Shown here piece by piece: positions 18,798 through 28,284 of a stretch of DNA of 64,000 bases (position 1 is its first letter; every line of letters starts with the position of its first letter). Location: NCBI GenBank assembly GCA_002778455.1, contig PFCD01000001.1, positions 53,445-117,444 on the forward strand, written 5' to 3'. Under the pieces are notes generated by a model. The model did not search any database. It saw only the letters and a program-made list of their open reading frames with translations, and was not told the origin of the DNA. The position numbers and the translations under genes are program-made. The stretch is from Candidatus Micrarchaeota archaeon CG10_big_fil_rev_8_21_14_0_10_45_29. Lineage in GTDB: Archaea > Micrarchaeota > Micrarchaeia > Anstonellales > Anstonellaceae.

Positions 18798-19496
18798 ATG
18801 CAAAAGTCTCTCTCCCACATAGCATTTATACCTGACGGCAACCGCAGGTGGGCAAAAAAGCACGGGTTAAATATATTGCGCGGGCATGAGAAGGGAATAG
18901 ACAGGATGGGAGACGTGCTCACATGGTGCCGCGAGGAGGGCATAAAAATGGCCTCCTTCTGGGCTTTTTCCACCGAAAATTTCAAAAGAGACACGCAGGA
19001 AGTAAGCGGGCTTTTCGAGGCATTTGAAACCCGCCTCTCAAAAGTTTTAAGGGAAGCCGAATTTCAAAAACACAAAGTAAGGGTGCGCTTTATAGGAAAC
19101 ACCTCCCTTTTTCCCAAAAAAATACAATTGGGAATAAAAAAAGTGGAGGACGAGACAAAAAAGTATGACAAATACTTCCTTAACTTCTTTATAGGCTACG
19201 GAGGGCGAGCCGAATTAATAGCAGCGGCGCAAAAACTGGCAAAGGATTTTCCAGGCAACAACGCTTCCAAAATAGGGGAAAAAGAATTTGAGTCCTGCCT
19301 CTGGACGGCAGGGCTGCCCGACCCTGAGCTGATAATCCGCACCTCCGGAGAATCGCGCATATCCGGCTTCATGCCTTTTCAATCCACCTATTCCGAGCTA
19401 TTATTTTGCAAAAAGCTCTGGCCGGATTTTTCGCGCGCCGATTTTAACAAGGCAATAGACGAATTTGCAAAAAGAAAAAGAAGATGGGGAAAATAA
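18798..19496 (+). CDS. uppS: Undecaprenyl/dolichyl-diphosphate synthase (cis-prenyltransferase, UppS family)
   Basis: 'HIAFIPDGNRRWAKKHGL' is the hallmark UPPS motif. 'IRTSGESRISGFMPFQSTYSELLF' is the C-terminal RxG region. Confidence 0.85.
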   Translation: MQKSLSHIAFIPDGNRRWAKKHGLNILRGHEKGIDRMGDVLTWCREEGIKMASFWAFSTENFKRDTQEVSGLFEAFETRLSKVLREAEFQKHKVRVRFIGNTSLFPKKIQLGIKKVEDETKKYDKYFLNFFIGYGGRAELIAAAQKLAKDFPGNNASKIGEKEFESCLWTAGLPDPELIIRTSGESRISGFMPFQSTYSELLFCKKLWPDFSRADFNKAIDEFAKRKRRWGK

Positions 19497-19910
19497 ATGG
19501 AAAAAAACATTTCCAAAATATTAAATTTATCAACTTCAAAGTCTATTGAAATTAATTTGGAAATCTGCAACACTCCCTCCTCGCGCACAAGAGGGTTGAT
19601 GTTTCGCAAAAAATGCATCCCTCTCCTCTTTACGTTTGATAAGGAAGGCATTTATCCCATCCACTCGTTTTTTGTCTCCTTTTTATTTGACGCAATTTAT
19701 CTTGATGAAAATTTTATAATAACTGATATTTTCCGGCAAATAAAGCCATTTACAAAATATGTTGCAAACACCAAGCCCGCAAAATATTTGCTTGAGCTTC
19801 CCTGCGATTTTCCGCTTCAAATGAAAATAGATGAGAGGATAAAAATAGATTTGCCTGCAAAAAGCCGGGAGATGCAAAATAAGAAAAATCATAGCGGGTT
19901 ATTCCCATAG
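19497..19910 (+). CDS. DUF192 (COG1430)-like small protein
   Basis: 'CNTPSSRTRGLMFRKKCIPLLFTF ... DAIYLDENFII' matches the DUF192 'RxxGLMxR...GMLFxF...D..F.D' pattern. Its start abuts the UppS stop. Confidence 0.45.
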   Translation: MEKNISKILNLSTSKSIEINLEICNTPSSRTRGLMFRKKCIPLLFTFDKEGIYPIHSFFVSFLFDAIYLDENFIITDIFRQIKPFTKYVANTKPAKYLLELPCDFPLQMKIDERIKIDLPAKSREMQNKKNHSGLFP

Positions 19911-19940
19911 CCGCGTGGGATTGAAAAAAATTTAGCGCTT

Positions 19941-21323
19941 ATGGATGAAAAATTGCTTGGCTGGGAAGCAAAAAGGCAAAAAGGCGCCTACAACTGCCAG
20001 CTTTCCCCCTTAAGCGAGGAGGAGCAAAAATTCCTCTCCCTTTTATGCGCCGAATTCTCTGAATTTAGCAAAACAAGCGAAATCTCCTCCGAGGCGCAGG
20101 CAAAAGAGGCGATAGAGAAAATATTTCTCAAATTAACTAAAAAAGAGGGAATAGACGCCGACGAGGAGCAAAAGGAATATCTGCAAAAGGCGGCCCTCTC
20201 GCATTTGCACGGCTTTGCGCCCCTTGATGCCATGCTCTCAGACAATGAAATAGAGGAAATAGCCGCCATAGCAATAAACGAGCCGATTCGCGTGTATATA
20301 AGAAAAAAGGGCTGGCAAGACACAAACGCATATTTCACAACGCATGAACATTTAATCCACCTGATAAACAAGATGTCCCGCCCGCTAGGCAGAAGAATCA
20401 CAAGCCAGAGCCCGCGCATAAACGCGCTGATGCCCAACGGCTCGCGCCTTCACGCGACAATTCCCCCTCTCTCTGCAGGGGAGCTTACCATCCGGCTTCA
20501 TGGCGCAAAAAAATGGGGCGTTTGCGACTTATTGCAAAGCCAGTGCATAAGCGCCGACGCGCTCGCATTTCTCTGGCTAGCATTTCAGTCCGACTCCTCT
20601 GTCCTTATTTGCGGCAACACCTCATCAGGCAAAACAACTTTGCTAAATTGCCTTCTCTCCTTTGTGCCCCTGCGCGAGCGGCTCATAATAATAGAGGAAA
20701 CGCCAGAAATAACCCCTCCCCACCCCCACCGCGCCTCCCTTGTATCAAACGACGATTTGAAAATAAATATGTGCGATTTGGTGCGCGACTCTTTGCGCAT
20801 GCGCCCGGACAGGGTGATAGTGGGGGAGGTGCGCACCCCTCCCGAAGTTGAGGCATATGTTGAAACCCTTCTCTCAGGGCACGCGCGCGGCTCATATGCG
20901 ACTTTTCACTCAAATTCCGCTTCCGAGGCAATAAGGCGCATGTGCAATTTGGGCGCAATGCCCGACGATTTGGCATCCCTTGATTTTTTAATATTGCAAA
21001 GGCGCATCTCCCGCTACTGCCCCTCCTCAAAAAAGCAAACAGAGGCAAGGCGCATGATAGGAATTTTTATGCCAAAAAGGCATGAGAGGGGGGAGCTTTT
21101 TGGCTTTGATTTGCTTCCAATATTTGAATACAGTGAAAAATCCGATTCTTTGCAAAAAGCCCGCGGCTTTGAGGATGCGATGCAAAAAATATCGCAAAAG
21201 CTCGCAATTCCCTCCGCAGAGGCAAGAAAAATATTTGTTGAGAGGGAGAAATTCCTCGCCTCCTTGACATGCAAGGACGCGGCAGAGGAATGCAAAAAAA
21301 TCCAGAAATTCGCATATGGGTGA
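19941..21323 (+). CDS. Type II/IV secretion system ATPase (FlaI/TadA/CpaF family)
   Basis: Walker A is 'LICGNTSSGKTTLLNCLL'. 'RMRPDRVIVGEVR' is the Asp box/Walker B region. 'GHARGSYATFHSNSASEAIRRM' is the His box. Confidence 0.8.
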   Translation: MDEKLLGWEAKRQKGAYNCQLSPLSEEEQKFLSLLCAEFSEFSKTSEISSEAQAKEAIEKIFLKLTKKEGIDADEEQKEYLQKAALSHLHGFAPLDAMLSDNEIEEIAAIAINEPIRVYIRKKGWQDTNAYFTTHEHLIHLINKMSRPLGRRITSQSPRINALMPNGSRLHATIPPLSAGELTIRLHGAKKWGVCDLLQSQCISADALAFLWLAFQSDSSVLICGNTSSGKTTLLNCLLSFVPLRERLIIIEETPEITPPHPHRASLVSNDDLKINMCDLVRDSLRMRPDRVIVGEVRTPPEVEAYVETLLSGHARGSYATFHSNSASEAIRRMCNLGAMPDDLASLDFLILQRRISRYCPSSKKQTEARRMIGIFMPKRHERGELFGFDLLPIFEYSEKSDSLQKARGFEDAMQKISQKLAIPSAEARKIFVEREKFLASLTCKDAAEECKKIQKFAYG

Positions 21324-21326
21324 ATT

Positions 21327-23048
21327 ATGCTGCAAAAAATAATCTTATTTATTGAAACCCTCCCCTTTCACCGCATTTACAAAGGGGAGAGAAGAATTCA
21401 AATAAATGAAAATTTGCAAAAATCCCAAGCCCCCCTCCCCCCAAGCGCATTTCTTAACATAATTGCCCTTCTCTCGCTTGCCTCTCTCCCCCTCTCATTT
21501 TTTGCAGGGCTTTTCCTTTTCCCCTCATTTGAGGGCGCGGCAGGCATCTCTCTCATAATTTTTTCCCTCTGCCTTTATTGCGGCTTTCTTATTCCCAAAC
21601 TGCTCTCAACCCGCCAAGCGCAACTTGCTGAAGCTGATTTGCCGCTTGCATTGCGCGCAATCTCGCTTCATTTGCGAATAGGCGTTTCTTTTGAAAAAGC
21701 CATCGAGCATGTTGCCATCTCAAATTACTCATGCTCCAAAATATTTGCGGATGCCATGCGCCAAATAGGTTCCGGCGCATCTGTTCCTTCCGCCCTCTCA
21801 AAAGCCGCCGCAAGCATCTCATCAGTTCCAATAATGCGCGCCTTTCACCAGCTTTGCGCGGTATATGAGAGCGGCGCAAAGCCGGACGCCCTTGACTCCC
21901 TTGCGCAGGAGCTTATTTCCCGCCAGCACACGCAAATAAAATTGCAGGCATCGCGGGCGGCAATTTTTTCCCTTCTCTTTGTTGCCGCCTCCTCCCTTCT
22001 CCCCGCCTTTTTCCTTATCCTCAACATCTCGGCCGGCCCGCTGCTTGGCTTTAAGGGCGAGCCATTTCAAATATGGGCATTTTACCTTCTTCTTCTCCCT
22101 GCAATAAACATCCTTGCCCTCGCGCTTGTAATCGCCTCCGCCCCCTCCCTCGCCTCATCGCAGAAGCAAAAGCAAATATTAAATGAGGCAAAAATTTTGT
22201 GCGAGAAGGCCGGCTTTCCTCCCTTTAGCACAACCCACCTTATTCTCTCAAGCATTTTGCTCTGCGCCGCCGGCTTTATCCTCCCCTCTTTGCTCGGGGT
22301 TTCCTCCCTCTCCCCCCTTTTTGCCCTTCTCTTTGCATCCCTTCCCTCCCTCTCAAAAGCATATTTTGAGGGAAAAGCAACAGCAGACGCCTCCTCAATA
22401 GAGCAGGAGCTTCCAGGCATGCTTTTTTCAGGCGCAACAAGCCAGAGTTTCTCTTTGGAGAAAATGCTCTCCTCCGCGCGCGCCGGCTCTCCTTTGGCAG
22501 AGCAGTCAAAAAAGGCATTGCGCCAAATAAATGCAGGCGCCAACCCATTATTCGTGCTTGAAAAATGGGCAAATTCAACCTCTTCCCCCTCACTTGGGCG
22601 CGCCCTTCTTTTGCTGATGATTGGCTACAAAACAGGGGGAAGCATGCAAAAGGCGCTCTCTTGCGCGGCAGATGATTTGCTCTCCTCACTTGCGCTTGTG
22701 AGGGAGAGGGCGGCGCTTCTTTCTATTCAAAATTACACAATCTTAGCCGCTTCCGCCTTCCTCATCCCGGCAATTTTGGCGGTTTCCCTCTCATTTTCCT
22801 CCCAAATATCGCAAATAAGCGCGCCTTCGGCAACAGGGGAAAATTCCATTTATTCTATTTTTGATTTCTCCTCCTCATCCTCCCTCATAGCCGCCGCCCG
22901 CGCCGCCATTCCCGCCTATCTTATTATAAACGCGGCCCTTGCCGCCTTTTTCATCGCCCTCTCGCAGGGCGCCCGCGAGAAATTTTTATATTATTTCTCC
23001 ATTTTGGCAATAGTTTCCCAAATAGTGTGGCTGATAGCATCCGGGTAA
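21327..23048 (+). CDS. FlaJ/TadC-like polytopic membrane protein with two T2SS-F-like domains
   Basis: It has many TM helices. The T2SSF-like segment is 'LALRAISLHLRIGVSFEKAIEHVA ... SALSKAAASISSVPIMRAFHQL'. It lies immediately downstream of the ATPase with a 3-nt gap. Confidence 0.55.
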   Translation: MLQKIILFIETLPFHRIYKGERRIQINENLQKSQAPLPPSAFLNIIALLSLASLPLSFFAGLFLFPSFEGAAGISLIIFSLCLYCGFLIPKLLSTRQAQLAEADLPLALRAISLHLRIGVSFEKAIEHVAISNYSCSKIFADAMRQIGSGASVPSALSKAAASISSVPIMRAFHQLCAVYESGAKPDALDSLAQELISRQHTQIKLQASRAAIFSLLFVAASSLLPAFFLILNISAGPLLGFKGEPFQIWAFYLLLLPAINILALALVIASAPSLASSQKQKQILNEAKILCEKAGFPPFSTTHLILSSILLCAAGFILPSLLGVSSLSPLFALLFASLPSLSKAYFEGKATADASSIEQELPGMLFSGATSQSFSLEKMLSSARAGSPLAEQSKKALRQINAGANPLFVLEKWANSTSSPSLGRALLLLMIGYKTGGSMQKALSCAADDLLSSLALVRERAALLSIQNYTILAASAFLIPAILAVSLSFSSQISQISAPSATGENSIYSIFDFSSSSSLIAAARAAIPAYLIINAALAAFFIALSQGAREKFLYYFSILAIVSQIVWLIASG

Positions 23049-23203
23049 CGCCAACCCCCTCTCGAAAGATTAGGCGGTTTTCTCTCCCCTTTTTTCTAAT
23101 CAAAATGGCAAATGGCCCAAAATAAGCATATTCAACATGGGCATAGCGGCGGATTAACCGAAAGTCCCAAAGCCTTATAACTTTCCTGCACCCTACACTT
23201 TTC

Positions 23204-23422
23204 ATGAAGACATATAGCGCCATCATACTAAAAGATGAGGACATGTATGTGGCAAAATGCCCGGAAGTCGGCACAGTCAGCCAAGGCAGTACAATAGAGG
23301 AGGCGCTTGCCAACCTCAGGGAAGCCACCGAGCTCTATCTTGAGGAATTCCCGGCACAATCCTTTTTCCGCCCGCTTATGACTACCTTCGAGGTGCGCGA
23401 GCATGCCCCCTCCCCTTCTTAA
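23204..23422 (+). CDS. hicB: HicB-like antitoxin (UPF0150 family)
   Basis: 'MKTYSAIILKDEDMYVAKCPEVGTVSQGSTIEEALANLREATELYLEE' matches the HicB N-terminal domain consensus. Confidence 0.6.
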   Translation: MKTYSAIILKDEDMYVAKCPEVGTVSQGSTIEEALANLREATELYLEEFPAQSFFRPLMTTFEVREHAPSPS

Positions 23423-23639
23423 GAAAATCTCAGGGATGGAATGCGCCAAGATACTTTGCAAGCACTTCGGTTTCCAAATCGTGCGCCAGAGGGGCAGCCA
23501 CATAATTCTTGCAAAAGGATACGGAGCTGAGCGCAAAGGGACGGTCGTCCCGGCGCATCGCGAACTCAAAATAGGCACCCTCAAGGGCGCCCTGGAGCTT
23601 GCCGGAGTGGACGAGGAGGAATTCTCAAAGCACCAATAG
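23403..23639 (+). CDS. hicA: HicA-like mRNA interferase toxin (YcfA family)
   Basis: 'CAKILCKHFGFQIVRQRGSHIILAKGYGAERKGTVVPAHRELKIGTLKGALELAGV' fits the YcfA/HicA fold motif (GSH...P.H). It overlaps hicB by 20 nt. Confidence 0.65.
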   Translation: MPPPLLKKISGMECAKILCKHFGFQIVRQRGSHIILAKGYGAERKGTVVPAHRELKIGTLKGALELAGVDEEEFSKHQ

Positions 23640-23659
23640 ACTCAGCAAGGGGCGAATGA

Positions 23660-24418
23660 ATGGACATAAACGACGCGTGGAAAGACACGTGCAAAATAGT
23701 CCTTGGCGGAGAAATAGGCGATTTGCAAAAATATGAAAAATATCTTCAAACCTATGTCGAGCCAATATATGAGAAAAACTCCTCCCTAAGCCAAAAGAAA
23801 GTAATAATCTCACGTCCGGACTTTTGCAAAAATGCAAAATTCATCTCATTTGACGAGCAGGAAAAATACAACAAGCAAATTTCGGATATAAAACTAAACT
23901 TAAACCAGATAAAAGACATAGATTCAATTCTCTCCTCAATAAGCGAGCAATTTTATTATGCAGGCAACCAGATAACCGGCAACTGCTCAAACATAGAAAA
24001 TTCGGACAATGTGATGGATTCGCATTATGTAATAAATTCAATAGAAATCGCGGGGGGAAAATTTATCGCCTACTCCTCAATGGCGCGCTTTGACGAATAT
24101 TTATTCGGAGTAAACTGGTCGGGGCAGGCAAAATACTGCATAAAATGCTTTGAAACATACAAGCAAAGCCGCTGCTTTGAGACTTTGAGCGTCTGGACAT
24201 CCTCCGACTGCTATTATTCTGCCCGCCTTGAGGGATGCGGCGACTGCATATTCTCATTTAACCAAAAGCACAAAAACAACCTTATAGGCAACCTGCAATT
24301 TCCAAAAGAAGAATATGCAAAACGCAAAAAAGCGCTTCTTGATCAGATAAGAAGCACTCTTGAGAGCAAGAAAAGAATACGCTCAATACTTGAGATAATG
24401 GGGGGTGTCAATGGGTGA
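23660..24418 (+). CDS. Cys-rich paralogue, A-module only (252 aa), unit 1 of the array; unknown family
   Basis: The N-terminus is 'WKDTCKIVLGGEIGDL..YEKYL', followed by 'KSSLSQK', 'IKDIDSI' and 'FYYAGNQITGNCSNIENSD'. Then come Cys ladders ('SSDCYYSARLEGCGDCIFSFN') and an 'IGNLQFPKEEY' tail. It is homologous to the other seven genes. Confidence 0.7.
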   Translation: MDINDAWKDTCKIVLGGEIGDLQKYEKYLQTYVEPIYEKNSSLSQKKVIISRPDFCKNAKFISFDEQEKYNKQISDIKLNLNQIKDIDSILSSISEQFYYAGNQITGNCSNIENSDNVMDSHYVINSIEIAGGKFIAYSSMARFDEYLFGVNWSGQAKYCIKCFETYKQSRCFETLSVWTSSDCYYSARLEGCGDCIFSFNQKHKNNLIGNLQFPKEEYAKRKKALLDQIRSTLESKKRIRSILEIMGGVNG

Positions 24419-25175
24419 GCAAATAGAGGGCGCATTCTCCTCGGTCACTTCAATTCTTTTCGGCAAAGCCCTCCAAAAAATTGACGACTACGGGGATTGG
24501 CTTTTGAAAAATCGAAGAAAGATAAGAACCGTAAAATCCACAATAAGCGGCAAAGAGGAGCTGATACCTCCGCTGGAGTTTCACCACGCAATCGACAGGG
24601 TATATGTTACAAACGAAGAGGCATTCAAACTCGGGGAAACAAAAGCAAAAAAAGAGGACATAGAAAAAACCACCATCCAAAACGCGGACAAAACACTCAA
24701 AAACATCCTTTATTACTCTCCCGACGTGCAAATGGGAAAAAATCAGGAAATGGAATTTTGCGCCCACTACATTGACTGCCAATTTTGCTACAAATCCGTC
24801 TCCATGGGGCATGTAAAATATGCTGCTTACTCTTTTTGGCCCCGCGACTCGGAATACATGTTTGGAGTGGACACCGTATTCTCCTCAAAATTCTGCATAA
24901 AATGCTACAATTCGGTAAATTTAACCCGCTGTTTTGAAACCTCCCACTCCTCCCATTGCTCTGACTGCTATTTCTGCCACAACTGCGACGGCTGTTCCGA
25001 GTGCATGTTTTGCACAAACGCAAAAAGCCTTCGCTATGCAATATTCAACAAACAATATCCAAAAGAGGAATACTTAAAACTCAAAAAGAAAATACAGGAA
25101 GAAATCTTCGCAAAATTGGAAAAAGATAAAAAATTAGACTTAAACATATTCAATTTAGGGTGCTATAAAAAATGA
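24405..25175 (+). CDS. Cys-rich paralogue, B-module only (256 aa), partner of 23660..24418
   Basis: 'FGKALQKIDDYGDWLL', 'YSFWPRDSEYMFG' and 'HCSDCYFCHNCDGCSECMFC' (7 Cys spaced CxxC) are present. The tail is 'YPKEEYLKLKKKIQEEIFAKLEKDKKLDLNIFNLGC'. It overlaps the upstream gene by 14 nt. Confidence 0.7.
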   Translation: MSMGEQIEGAFSSVTSILFGKALQKIDDYGDWLLKNRRKIRTVKSTISGKEELIPPLEFHHAIDRVYVTNEEAFKLGETKAKKEDIEKTTIQNADKTLKNILYYSPDVQMGKNQEMEFCAHYIDCQFCYKSVSMGHVKYAAYSFWPRDSEYMFGVDTVFSSKFCIKCYNSVNLTRCFETSHSSHCSDCYFCHNCDGCSECMFCTNAKSLRYAIFNKQYPKEEYLKLKKKIQEEIFAKLEKDKKLDLNIFNLGCYKK

Positions 25176-26767
25176 AATACTCGCAAGCCTACGAAGGGCT
25201 CAGCAAGGAATGGAAAAACACCTGCCGAATCCTGCTAAAAGAAGAGATAGGGGAGCTTAGCGACTTCAGTGGCTATCTCCAAAAATATATAGAGCCAGTA
25301 AGGGCGCAGAAATCATCGTTAAGCCAAAAGAGCATTACTCTCTCCAATGACGCCGCCTGTCCCCCAAAGAGAGTCATCGGAATGGAAGAGCTTGGCGTTT
25401 ATGCCAAAAAAACAGAAAAAATAAAGCTGGATATTAACCAAATCAAAGACATAGACTCCATTATCTCTTCTTTAGAGGAGAAATTTTATTATTGCGGAAA
25501 CGTCGTGCTCGGAAACTCAAGCAACGTGGAGAATTCCCACAGATGCACAAACACCAATTACGCACTAGCATCCCACGAAGTCGCGGATTGCCAGTATATC
25601 TCAAATTCAACAATGGCGAGATATTGCGAGTACATATTCGGTTCAAGCATTATGGGTGAGACAAAATACCTCATAAACGTCCTCTATTCTACAAAATCCG
25701 TGCGCTGCATGGAATGCACCCACCCCCTCCGTTCTTCCGACTGCTATTTCGGGGCAAACCTTGAGGACTGCTCCGACTGCATGTTCAGTTTCAATCTCAA
25801 GAATAAGAACAATTCCATCGGCAATCTGCCTCTTGAGAAAAGTAAATATATGCAAATAAAACAGAAGCTCTTATCCGAAATCGCCCGGAAGCTAAAAAAG
25901 GAGAAAAACATGCGTGGAATAATCGAGCTTATTGCCGGAATTCCAAGCCCTTCAACGCCAAAAGAGCGCCCCGAATACGTTTTCAAAACACAACACCCGC
26001 CTTCCAAGGAGGTGGAGGAGGCATTTCAAGCCACAACCAAGGTGCTTTTGGGAAAGCCCCTTTCAAATCTCCAGACATATGAGAAATATTTGCTTGCAAA
26101 CACGAAAAAACCCATCTCAGCCAAATCAGCCATAAGTTCAAAGCCCCTGCACGCAATCCCCATGCTCTTTAACCGGGAGCTGAAAAACTCCTTTGTAAGC
26201 CGGGATGAAGCTGCAGAGCTGTCCTCAAGGCGCATAAGCCCGCAATCCGCCGATGAACTAAGCCTTGAAAACATGGATAAAATCCTTCATGAGATCAAAT
26301 ACACTTGCCCTCAGGTAATTCTTGGAGAAAATGAGGATGTTGAAGAAAGCGTGGTTTACAACACATCAAGGCACTGCTACGGGGGCTCGGTGTATTATTT
26401 TGCAAAATATTGCGCCTATTGTTTCTGGCCGCGCAATTCCGAATACATCTTTGGTTCCACCTCCGTATTCTCATCAAAATTCTGCCTCGCTTGCCACTAT
26501 TCAAGCTCCCTTACCCGATGTTTTGAGCTTAGCGACTGCAACAACTGCTCCGACTGCTATTTCTGCCACAACGTGGAAAATTGCACAGAATGCATGTTCT
26601 GCTTCAATACAAAAGCCAAAAGATACGCAATCGGGAACGTGGAATATCCAAAGGAGGTATACTTAAAACTCAAAAAGAAAATACAGGAAGAAATCTTCGC
26701 AAAATTGGAAAAAGATAAAAAATTAGACTTAAACATATTCAATTTAGGGTGCAAAAAAAATGGATAA
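25172..26767 (+). CDS. Cys-rich paralogue, fused A+B form (531 aa)
   Basis: The N-half matches 23660 ('WKNTCRILLKEEIGEL', 'IKDIDSI', 'FYYCGN'). The C-half matches 24405, and its last 31 aa are encoded by 93 bp identical to 25071..25163. There is an ATGA overlap with the upstream gene. Confidence 0.75.
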   Translation: MKYSQAYEGLSKEWKNTCRILLKEEIGELSDFSGYLQKYIEPVRAQKSSLSQKSITLSNDAACPPKRVIGMEELGVYAKKTEKIKLDINQIKDIDSIISSLEEKFYYCGNVVLGNSSNVENSHRCTNTNYALASHEVADCQYISNSTMARYCEYIFGSSIMGETKYLINVLYSTKSVRCMECTHPLRSSDCYFGANLEDCSDCMFSFNLKNKNNSIGNLPLEKSKYMQIKQKLLSEIARKLKKEKNMRGIIELIAGIPSPSTPKERPEYVFKTQHPPSKEVEEAFQATTKVLLGKPLSNLQTYEKYLLANTKKPISAKSAISSKPLHAIPMLFNRELKNSFVSRDEAAELSSRRISPQSADELSLENMDKILHEIKYTCPQVILGENEDVEESVVYNTSRHCYGGSVYYFAKYCAYCFWPRNSEYIFGSTSVFSSKFCLACHYSSSLTRCFELSDCNNCSDCYFCHNVENCTECMFCFNTKAKRYAIGNVEYPKEVYLKLKKKIQEEIFAKLEKDKKLDLNIFNLGCKKNG

Positions 26768-27518
26768 CCTAAATGGCGTATTCAAGCAAACCTGCAAAAC
26801 AATCTTCGGCAAGGAGATAGGCGATTTGAAAAACTATGAATCCTACTTCAAGGAGGCAGTTCCCGGCATGGAGGTAAAATCCGCCTTCTCAGGGGAAACC
26901 GCCTTCGCGGCGGCAGACGACTACGCAAAGGGCTCAAAATTCTACAACTACCAAAAGGAAATAGATAAAATCTCAACCCTAAACAAGCCCTTTAACATAA
27001 ATGAAATAAAAGACATAGACTCCCTCATAAACGCCACCCGCGAGCGCTACGTCTATTCCTCAAACAAGATTTTGGGGAAATTTGAGAATGTGTCTGCATC
27101 GGATGTAATAATTGACTCCATAAACATTGTCGGAAGCGCAAACCTCTCAAAATGCAAAAACGCAGCCTTTTGCTTTCTGGCAAGAGAATCTCAAAACGTA
27201 TTTGGGTGCGCTTCATTCGGCTTTGATACAAATGTGATTCGCAGCTGCTACCACAAAAACAACGCACGAACTTTTGAGTGCGCGGTTGAGGAATACTTAA
27301 GCGACTCCCTTTTTTGCTACAATGTGTTCAATTCGTCCGATTGCATATTCTGTTTCAACCTAAAAAACAAGAAAAACATGGTAGCGAATATACAGCTTAC
27401 AAAAGAGCAATACTCGTCCAAAAAGGCGGACTTAATTGAGCAAATCACCTCTGAATTGGAGTCAAAGGGCAGGCTTGACTTTAGCATAATGGGTTTGAGC
27501 GGGCGTTTGCATGGATGA
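26760..27518 (+). CDS. Cys-rich paralogue, divergent A-module (252 aa)
   Basis: 'FKQTCKTIFGKEIGDLKNYESY', 'INEIKDIDSLI' and 'SSDCIFCFNLKNKKN' are present. It overlaps the upstream gene by 8 nt. Confidence 0.65.
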   Translation: MDNLNGVFKQTCKTIFGKEIGDLKNYESYFKEAVPGMEVKSAFSGETAFAAADDYAKGSKFYNYQKEIDKISTLNKPFNINEIKDIDSLINATRERYVYSSNKILGKFENVSASDVIIDSINIVGSANLSKCKNAAFCFLARESQNVFGCASFGFDTNVIRSCYHKNNARTFECAVEEYLSDSLFCYNVFNSSDCIFCFNLKNKKNMVANIQLTKEQYSSKKADLIEQITSELESKGRLDFSIMGLSGRLHG

Positions 27519-28284
27519 ATTTGAGAAATCATTTGCACAAACGACAAAAATTCTTCTTGGGGCAGAGCTTGGCTCTTTTTATGATTATTCAAAGTGGCTT
27601 TCTGAGCATGTGTTTTTACCTTATTGCGCAAAATCAAAAAAATCGGGAAAAGAAGTGTGGCTTGCACCCTCGCGGGACTTTCTTGGAAAAAAGTTTGACG
27701 CCGCCCGCATTGTCTCAATGGAGGAGGGGGAAATAAACAAAGAGAACTCCTACTCTTACGAGGACATAAAAGATGCGGATTTGAACTCATTTAGAACTAA
27801 ATTCTGCGAGCCAATAGCCCTGTATCTTGGGAACTTTCGCTACAAAACACATCAAAATGCTCTCAAATCTTCGGGAACAGGAGATTGTGTGAATGTGTAT
27901 ATGGGGGAAGATGTTTATCACGGTGCGCGCAACATCGGCTTTTGCAAAAGCATGCTATACTGCGAAAACATATTCGGATGCCGCGAGGGCACAAACTGCA
28001 AATACTGCATAAACTGCTACGGCTCAACCTACCTCACCAGATGCTTTGAGATGGATTCATGCACAAAATGCTCTGACTCATACTTCTGCCACAACTGCGA
28101 AAATTTGGAAAACTGCCTCTTCTGCTTCAACTCAAAAGGATTGCACTACGCAATAGCAAACATAGAAGTGGGAAAAGAAAAATACATGGAAATAAAAAAG
28201 AAAATCCTCACAGAAATTTCCCAAAAGCTTGAAAAAAACAAAAAACTTGACATAAGCATATTCAACATAGGTGCAAGAAAATGA
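27511..28284 (+). CDS. Cys-rich paralogue, B-module (257 aa)
   Basis: The core is 'TNCKYCINCYGSTYLTRCFEMDSCTKCSDSYFCHNCENLENCLFCFNSKGLHYAIANIEVGKEKY', and the tail is '..KLEKNKKLDISIFNIG'. It overlaps the upstream gene by 8 nt. Confidence 0.7.
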   Translation: MDEFEKSFAQTTKILLGAELGSFYDYSKWLSEHVFLPYCAKSKKSGKEVWLAPSRDFLGKKFDAARIVSMEEGEINKENSYSYEDIKDADLNSFRTKFCEPIALYLGNFRYKTHQNALKSSGTGDCVNVYMGEDVYHGARNIGFCKSMLYCENIFGCREGTNCKYCINCYGSTYLTRCFEMDSCTKCSDSYFCHNCENLENCLFCFNSKGLHYAIANIEVGKEKYMEIKKKILTEISQKLEKNKKLDISIFNIGARK

